DNA of 64,000 bases. It comes from an uncultured Alphaproteobacteria bacterium. GTDB taxonomy: Bacteria > Pseudomonadota > Alphaproteobacteria > UBA11222. A program made the position numbers and the translations under genes. The notes under the pieces were generated by a model that made no database searches, was not told the origin of the DNA, and saw only the letters and a program-made list of their open reading frames with translations. Below, in pieces: positions 58,528-64,000 of this stretch (positions are counted from its first letter, which is position 1; every line of letters begins with the position of its first letter). The DNA lies in assembly GCA_947085465.1 (NCBI GenBank), contig CAMTWQ010000047.1:3408-67407 (forward strand). The letters are read 5' to 3'.

Positions 58528-58570
58528 CTGAGCCCTTTTCATGACAAATTTCTTCGAGAAAAAGGGCTCA
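58528..58570. repeat. 12-bp perfect inverted repeat hairpin (ctgagccctttt...aaaagggctcag) with a 19-nt loop
   Basis: Read directly. Lies between the stop of the acyl-CoA dehydrogenase operon and the higBA promoter region. Confidence 0.5.
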
Positions 58571-58602
58571 GGTCTTGACATGACAGTTTAATCCCTTCCC
58601 CC

Positions 58603-59808
58603 TCACCGCCCGCTTGGCAGCTCATTAAATGGCAACTCGCTGTCTACACGGATTTCGCCCGGCAGTTTTAGCACCCGCTCGGCGATGATGTTTTTGAGAA
58701 TCTCGTCGGTGCCGCCGGCAATCCGGATACCCGGCGAGGACAGCCAGTCTTCTTCAAAGGAGGCGCGATAGGGCGATATCGTCCGGTCACGGATGATGCC
58801 GCCCATATCCATCATCTCGATGGCGAAGGCGGACAGATCCTGGCGGCGCGGCGCGCTCACCGCCTTGGCGATGGAGTTTTCCGGGCCAGGTGTTTGCCCC
58901 TTGCTCAGCGCCGTCAGCGAACGGAAGCGGGTGTATTTCAGCCCCTGGCTTTGCACATGCCAGTCGGCGATTTTTTCGCGCACCGCCATATTGTTGATGG
59001 CCGCGCCGTCAATCAGTTCGGTGTCGCGGGCGAGCTGGATCAATTCATCAATGCCAACGCCAGCACCCATATTGCCGACGGCGGAACGCTCGTTCATCAG
59101 CACTGTCAGCGCCACCTTCCAGCCATCGCCCACCGCGCCGATGCGGTTGCTATCTGGAATGCGTACATTTTCCAGGAACACTTCGTTGAAATGACTTTGG
59201 CCTGAAATCTGCCGGATGCGTTCCACCTTAACGCCCGGCGATTTCATATCCACAATGAAAAACGACAGGCCCTTATGCTTGGCGACGGTTGGATCGCTGC
59301 GCACTACAAGAATGGCGAGATCGCAATAATGCGCGCCTGATGTCCAGATTTTCTGGCCGTTGATGATCCAGTCATCGCCGTCTTTTTCGGCGCGGCTGCG
59401 AATGCCGGCCAGATCGGAACCCGCACCCGGTTCGGAAAATAACTGGCACCAGACTTCATCGCCATACAGTGCGGGCTTGATGTAACGCTGTTTTTGCTCC
59501 GGTGTGCCATGCACCATCATCATCGGCATCGCCATGCCAAGGCCAATCAAAAACACATTGCCCGGAAGGTTATATTGCGACTCTTCCTGGCCATAGATGA
59601 CGTTCTGCATGCTGGTGCCGCCCATGCCGCCATATTCCTTTGGCCAGGTGATCGCGGCATAACCAGCCGCGGCTTTCACTTTTTGCCACGCCTTGGATTC
59701 TGTGACGCCAACCCGCGAGCCCTTCTGAACCTCCATCACATTTTGTTTCAGCCAGCCTCGCACCTGGGCGCGAAAGGCGGCCTCTTCCGGCGTATCTTCG
59801 AAGTCCAT
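58603..59808 (-). CDS. acyl-CoA dehydrogenase family protein (paralog A)
   Basis: 401 aa, MDFEDTPEEAAFRAQV N-terminus, ACAD middle and C-terminal domains. Its start overlaps the stop of the next paralog. Confidence 0.88.
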   Translation of the reverse strand: MDFEDTPEEAAFRAQVRGWLKQNVMEVQKGSRVGVTESKAWQKVKAAAGYAAITWPKEYGGMGGTSMQNVIYGQEESQYNLPGNVFLIGLGMAMPMMMVHGTPEQKQRYIKPALYGDEVWCQLFSEPGAGSDLAGIRSRAEKDGDDWIINGQKIWTSGAHYCDLAILVVRSDPTVAKHKGLSFFIVDMKSPGVKVERIRQISGQSHFNEVFLENVRIPDSNRIGAVGDGWKVALTVLMNERSAVGNMGAGVGIDELIQLARDTELIDGAAINNMAVREKIADWHVQSQGLKYTRFRSLTALSKGQTPGPENSIAKAVSAPRRQDLSAFAIEMMDMGGIIRDRTISPYRASFEEDWLSSPGIRIAGGTDEILKNIIAERVLKLPGEIRVDSELPFNELPSGR

Positions 59809-61040
59809 TACTTCACCCCAGGCGATTGATTGTAGGGAATGTCCTTGTCGACACGGATTTCGCCGGGCAGGCCCAGCACCCGTTCGGCAATGATGTTCTT
59901 GAGGATTTCATCGGTGCCGCCGGCAATGCGCATGGCGGGCGCAAACAGCCAGCCATTCTGGAACCCCGCATGCATCGGAGCAATGTCCTGATCATAAATA
60001 ATGCCGCCCATATCCATCATCTCCATGGCGAAGGCGGTGTATTCCTGGCCGCGCTGCGCGCTGACGGCTTTGCCGATGGAGTTTTCAGGCCCCGGCGTCT
60101 GGCCCTTGCTGAGCGCCGTCAGGCTGCGAAAGCGCGTGTATTTCAGGCCCTGGCCCTGCACATACCAATCGGCTAGCCGTTCGCGCACGGCGCTGTTCTT
60201 GATTGCTGGTTGCCCATCGGGAAAGGTGATCGATTTCGCCAGTTCAATCAGTTCGTTGGTGCCCAGCGCGCCACCGCCGCCGCCAATCGCCAGGCGCTCA
60301 TTCATCAGCGTGGTGAGCGACACCTTCCAGCCATCGCCAACCGCGCCGAGCCGTTGTGAATCCGGTATTCGCACATTGCTGAAGAACACTTCGTTGAAAT
60401 TGGCGCCGCCGGAAAGCTGCTTGATCGGTTTCACTTCAACGCCGGGGGATTTCATGTCGAGGAAGAAAAAAGTCAGGCCCTTATGCTTTGGCACGGTCGG
60501 ATCAGAACGGGTGACGAGAATGCCAAAATCACAATAATGCGCGCCCGAGGTCCAGATTTTTTGCCCATTGATAATCCAGTCATCGCCGTCGCGCTCCGCG
60601 CGGGTGCGGATGCCGGCCAGATCAGAACCCGCCGCCGGTTCGGAAAACAACTGGCACCAGATTTCTTCCCCGTACAGCGCCGGTTTGACATAGCGCGCCA
60701 GATGCTCCGGCTTGCCATGCGCCATGACGGTTGGAATGCACATGCCAAGGCCGATATCAAAGAAACCGCCGGGTAAAGAAAGTTTTGCTTCTTCCTGGGA
60801 ATAGATGACATTTTGAATCCCCGTGCCGCCCATGCCGCCAAACTCTTTCGGCCAGGTAATTTTGGCGTAGCCGGCGGCGGCTTTTTTCGCCTGCCAGGCT
60901 TTGGCGATTTTAAGCGACTCTTTCTCGTTCAGTTCGGCGCGAAACATGCCTTGGCCGGCGTCTTTTGGCGCGTTCGCTTTCAACCAGGTCGCCACTTGTT
61001 TACGAAACGCGGCTTCTTCCGGTGTGTCTTCAAAATCCAT
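59808..61040 (-). CDS. acyl-CoA dehydrogenase family protein (paralog B)
   Basis: Starts MDFEDTPEEAAFRKQV at the ATG at 61040 and is ~55-60% identical to paralog A. The ORF-track extension to 61256 is rejected. Confidence 0.88.
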   Translation of the reverse strand: MDFEDTPEEAAFRKQVATWLKANAPKDAGQGMFRAELNEKESLKIAKAWQAKKAAAGYAKITWPKEFGGMGGTGIQNVIYSQEEAKLSLPGGFFDIGLGMCIPTVMAHGKPEHLARYVKPALYGEEIWCQLFSEPAAGSDLAGIRTRAERDGDDWIINGQKIWTSGAHYCDFGILVTRSDPTVPKHKGLTFFFLDMKSPGVEVKPIKQLSGGANFNEVFFSNVRIPDSQRLGAVGDGWKVSLTTLMNERLAIGGGGGALGTNELIELAKSITFPDGQPAIKNSAVRERLADWYVQGQGLKYTRFRSLTALSKGQTPGPENSIGKAVSAQRGQEYTAFAMEMMDMGGIIYDQDIAPMHAGFQNGWLFAPAMRIAGGTDEILKNIIAERVLGLPGEIRVDKDIPYNQSPGVK

Positions 61041-61065
61041 GATCCTTGTCTCCTGTCCGGAATGA

Positions 61066-62193
61066 TTAAGCGGCGTTACGCTTTTCAAGTTCACTGACCA
61101 ATTTGTCCTTCCAGGACAAATGGCTGCCCAGGCACAGGCTGAGCCATTTGGCGCGCCTATAGAAAAGATGACAATCAAACTCCCAGGTAAAGCCCATGCC
61201 GCCATGGGTTTGGATATTTTCCTTGGCGGCGTAATTGAAGGCTTCGGTGGCGGCAATGCGTGAACCGGCGGCGGCGGCGGGCAGGTCCGGCGCGTTGGTG
61301 GATAGCGCCCAGGCGCCGTAATAGCTGTTGGAGCGCGCCAGTTCGTTCTTGATATACATGTCGGCTAGCTTGTGTTTAATCGCCTGGAACGAGGCGATCG
61401 GGCGGCCAAACGCATAGCGGTTCAGCGCATATTCCCGCGCTGTCGCCAGCACCGCGTCGGCGCCGCCAATTTGTTCGAACGCCACCAGAACCGCCGCACG
61501 ATCCAGCACTTGCTGCACCACCGCCCAGCCGCCGCCCTGCTTGCCAAGCAATTCGGCAGGCGCGCCGTCAAAGCTGACCTTGGAAAGATTGCGGGTGGGG
61601 TCGAGCGTCTTTAATGGCGCGCGCGAAACGCCGCCGCCAGTCAGATCAACGATGGCTAGCGAGATGGATTTTTCATCCGTGCCGCTGCCGGTTTTCACCA
61701 CCACAATGGCGAAGTCAGCAACATCGCCGTCGGGAACCGGCATTTTGGTTCCCTTTAGCTTGCCGCCCTCGAAACTGACCTTCATGGTCTTTGGCGTGGC
61801 TGCCTGGGTGCCTTCTGACAAGGCCAGGGTGCCGATCTTTTCGCCAGCCGCGAGACCAGGCAGATATTTTTGCTTTTGCTCCTCGCTGCCTGCGATCAGC
61901 AGGGCTTCGGTCGCCAGATAAACGGAAGACGAGAACGGCACAGGGGCCAATGAACGGCCCAATTCCTCGGCGATCATGCATAATTCCAGATGGCCAAGGC
62001 CGATGCCGCCATAGGCTTCCGGGATCGTGGTGCCAGTCCAGCCCATCTCGACAATGCCCTTCCATACTTCTTTGGCATAGGTCTCGTCAGTATCGAGAAT
62101 GCGGCGCACCACTTTCAGGCTGGATTTATCCGTAAGGAATTTACGCGCCTGGTCCTTGAGCAGTTTCTGATCGTCAGAGAAATCGAAGTTCAT
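61066..62193 (-). CDS. acyl-CoA dehydrogenase family protein (third member)
   Basis: 375 aa from the ATG at 62193 (MNFDFSDDQKLLKDQARKF) with an aagggtgg RBS. ACAD fold. Confidence 0.85.
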   Translation of the reverse strand: MNFDFSDDQKLLKDQARKFLTDKSSLKVVRRILDTDETYAKEVWKGIVEMGWTGTTIPEAYGGIGLGHLELCMIAEELGRSLAPVPFSSSVYLATEALLIAGSEEQKQKYLPGLAAGEKIGTLALSEGTQAATPKTMKVSFEGGKLKGTKMPVPDGDVADFAIVVVKTGSGTDEKSISLAIVDLTGGGVSRAPLKTLDPTRNLSKVSFDGAPAELLGKQGGGWAVVQQVLDRAAVLVAFEQIGGADAVLATAREYALNRYAFGRPIASFQAIKHKLADMYIKNELARSNSYYGAWALSTNAPDLPAAAAGSRIAATEAFNYAAKENIQTHGGMGFTWEFDCHLFYRRAKWLSLCLGSHLSWKDKLVSELEKRNAA

Positions 62194-62303
62194 GCCGGAG
62201 TCCACCCTTTAAGAGATAATGCTGGTGCGGCAAGCGCCGCTCTCATGGCGGATAGAAAACATCCCCGCCCCTTACTGACAAGATTTTTCTTTAGCGGCGC
62301 CTG

Positions 62304-62807
62304 TTATTTCAGTGCTGATGCAGGAAAAGCTCCAGCGGCCGACCGGATCGCGGCGTCACCCTGTAGCATATTTCCCTTGAGCTTTTGAAGCAGGCTTTGA
62401 AGTTCAAGCAGTTCTGCTTCACTGACAGCACGATAGACAATCTCGAATTGCCGCATGGCCAATTGGCGCAGAGTGTCAAAAAACTGCCCCTGTTCCCCGC
62501 CGGTGAGATAGACGCGCCTGACACGGCGATCAGATGGGTCCGGGCGGCGTTCGATAATCTTTTGCTCTTCCAGCCGGTCCAGCAGGCGGCCAAGCGGGGC
62601 GGGAGCAATTTCGGCCTCCTCGGCCAAATGGCTTTGGGTTTGGCCGTCCGCGCGGGCAATTTGCACCAGGACCCGCCACTGCTGGGGGGTAATGCCCACT
62701 TCTCGCACCTGTCTCTCGACCGAGCGCATGAGCATGCGGGAGACATCATAAACCAGCCAGCCAACATCCCGTTGCAGTTCAAACCGGTCGGCAGAGAGGT
62801 GTGACAT
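62304..62807 (-). CDS. MarR-family transcriptional regulator
   Basis: Winged-helix region GITPQQWRVLVQIARADGQTQSHLAEEAEIAPAPLGRLLDRLEEQKIIERRPDPSDRRVRRVYLT. Confidence 0.85.
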   Translation of the reverse strand: MSHLSADRFELQRDVGWLVYDVSRMLMRSVERQVREVGITPQQWRVLVQIARADGQTQSHLAEEAEIAPAPLGRLLDRLEEQKIIERRPDPSDRRVRRVYLTGGEQGQFFDTLRQLAMRQFEIVYRAVSEAELLELQSLLQKLKGNMLQGDAAIRSAAGAFPASALK

Positions 62808-62962
62808 AGGACGCCAATTGGTTTTATTTTAGATAGAAACAGTTGGTATTATATAATTATATATTATATATAAGTATACTAATTATTAAGGCAAGCATGG
62901 AATTCTACTGTTTCGCTATCCGCGGGTTCCCCGTGGCGGGATAACTGTGATAAGAGATTGCG
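62808..62962. promoter_or_regulatory. AT-rich divergent intergenic region with palindromes (candidate MarR operator and promoters)
   Basis: ggtattatataattatatattatatataagtatactaattatt contains the 14-bp perfect palindrome TATATAATTATATA. AT content far exceeds the ~62% GC background. Confidence 0.45.
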
Positions 62963-63454
62963 ATGTTTGATGATATACCAATTTCCTGGGCCGAATTCCG
63001 CCGCCGTTCCGGGCGCGCGCCGGGCGGTGATGTCGGCATTATGGGTGAATTGGGCGTTATGATCGAACGCCTTGACTCAGAAGGGGTGCTTGTGCGGCTG
63101 CCGCACCAGCCTGACACTATCGGCGACACACAGTGGAATGTTGTGCATTCCGGTGTGTTGATGTTGTTGCTCGACACCATATGCGGCTTTGCCGTCATGC
63201 AGAAAATGGTTACGCCGGTCGCCATCGCGACGCTGGATTTACGGGTTGATTATCTGCGGGCGGTTCCGGCGGGCGAAGATATTTTCGCCACAGGGAGCTG
63301 TTACAGATATGGACGCAATGTGGGGTTTTCCAAAGGGATTGTCTTTACCCATGACCCCGATGACCCGGCAGCTATTGGCAATGGTTCATTTATGCTAGGT
63401 ACTGCGGGCGACCCACCGCCCATGGCCGCAGCAATGAGGGGGCGTGCCAGATGA
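62963..63454 (+). CDS. PaaI/4HBT-family hotdog thioesterase (subunit 1)
   Basis: Hotdog-fold signature (VHSGVLMLLLDTICGFA...TLDLRVDYLRAV...GRNVGFSKGIVF). Confidence 0.72.
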   Translation: MFDDIPISWAEFRRRSGRAPGGDVGIMGELGVMIERLDSEGVLVRLPHQPDTIGDTQWNVVHSGVLMLLLDTICGFAVMQKMVTPVAIATLDLRVDYLRAVPAGEDIFATGSCYRYGRNVGFSKGIVFTHDPDDPAAIGNGSFMLGTAGDPPPMAAAMRGRAR

Positions 63455-63918
63455 GCGTGCAAACCTTTGGCGGCCTGGATACGCAAGATGGTGATATAGC
63501 CCGGTTATTCGAGGCCATACCGTTTGCGCACAAGCTTGGCATTTCGGCTAGGCTGGAAGCAGAGGGTGTGGTTTGCCGGATGGCTTTTTCCAGTATGCTG
63601 ATTGGCAATCCCATGCTGCCGGCGCTGCATGGCGGTGTCGTGGCGGCGTTTCTGGAAGCGGTTGGATTGGCGGCGGTGGTGCATGCGCAGCGTAATCCGG
63701 CGGCGGTCTGCGGCAAGGACATCCCCCGCGTGATCAGCACCACGGTGGATTATTTACGGCCCGCCGGACCCAAAGATACGTTCGGCCGGGGCGAGATTGT
63801 CCGGCTTGGCAGCAGGCTGGCCACAGTTGTTACGACTGCCTGGCAGGAAGACCCAGCGCGACCGGTGGCGCGCGCCAATTGTCATTTTCTGGTTGCCTCA
63901 GAGGTAAAATCATCATGA
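63451..63918 (+). CDS. PaaI/4HBT-family hotdog thioesterase (subunit 2)
   Basis: LHGGVVAAFLEAVGLAAV...TVDYLRPAG...GRGEIVRLGSRLATV. ATG overlaps the upstream stop (ATGA), suggesting a co-translated heteromeric pair. Confidence 0.72.
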   Translation: MSVQTFGGLDTQDGDIARLFEAIPFAHKLGISARLEAEGVVCRMAFSSMLIGNPMLPALHGGVVAAFLEAVGLAAVVHAQRNPAAVCGKDIPRVISTTVDYLRPAGPKDTFGRGEIVRLGSRLATVVTTAWQEDPARPVARANCHFLVASEVKSS

Positions 63919-64000
63919 AACATGCAAATATTCCGCCGATGCTGGATAATTTTAGAGAGGGTTTAATGCATAGATTTATCGTTCCCGGTCTGGTGCTGCT

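Noticed and set aside
63916-64000. ORF beginning MKHANIPPMLDNFREGLMHRFIVPGLVL at the window edge
   Set aside because: Only 28 codons are visible, so the product cannot be assigned. Noted as the probable next gene of the thioesterase operon but not annotated.

Overview
High-GC (~60%+) alphaproteobacterial chromosomal window. The family is inferred from the synteny and from the tRNA-His type: it lacks G-1 and carries a G1·U72 pair and A73. All gene identifications rest on my reading of the supplied translations; no database search was possible.

Positions 1 to ~47.9 kb are core housekeeping synteny, interrupted only by small repeats and one toxin-antitoxin pair:
- murA, a DUF2948 protein, hisD, a UPF0262 protein and a low-molecular-weight phosphatase on the minus strand
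- tRNA-Thr and tRNA-His, an alpha/beta hydrolase, miaB, and the ybeZ(phoH)-ybeY-corC-lnt operon with overlapping start/stop codons
- an HTH regulator followed by metK, then trmB
- rimP-nusA-ylxR/L7Ae-infB, then a convergent dinJ-yafQ toxin-antitoxin pair, then rbfA-truB-rpsO-pnp
- clpB, a DUF4167 protein, prmC-prfA-ispG-rodZ-like, ptsP-lysC, ubiG, a DUF1178 protein, two tandem DUF2336 paralogs, a C-N hydrolase, grxC, comF and a methyltransferase
- an orphan Flp-type pilin, two tandem near-identical SDR genes, efp, and a suhB-like IMPase

From ~47.9 kb the content turns accessory:
- a translationally coupled three-gene operon: a secreted Pro-rich OmpA-like protein, a MotA/TolQ/ExbB-like channel with a long C-terminal coiled-coil tail, and a MotB-like protein with the TM Asp, a ~190-aa periplasmic coiled coil and an OmpA peptidoglycan-binding domain. 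This is the best candidate for an undescribed stator-like envelope machine.
- a convergent operon asnB-family amidotransferase, TPR membrane protein, ExeA/GspA-like AAA+ ATPase and A24 prepilin peptidase
- a CDP-glucose 4,6-dehydratase-like gene flanked by direct copies of an AT-rich palindromic element
- a low-GC higB-higA pair
- a MarR-controlled cluster of three acyl-CoA dehydrogenases and two PaaI-type hotdog thioesterases, separated by a strikingly AT-rich palindromic intergenic region

Several families of short terminal-inverted-repeat / palindromic (MITE-like) repeats recur at 54, 3707, 7172, 13514, 37631, 56285 and 57534. Their ends share CTAGAGC / TAGACC motifs. In places they supply stop codons (7173-7175, 57540-57542); a TTG start called by the ORF track also lies inside the 56285 copy. 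No CRISPR array, rRNA or obvious riboswitch was found.
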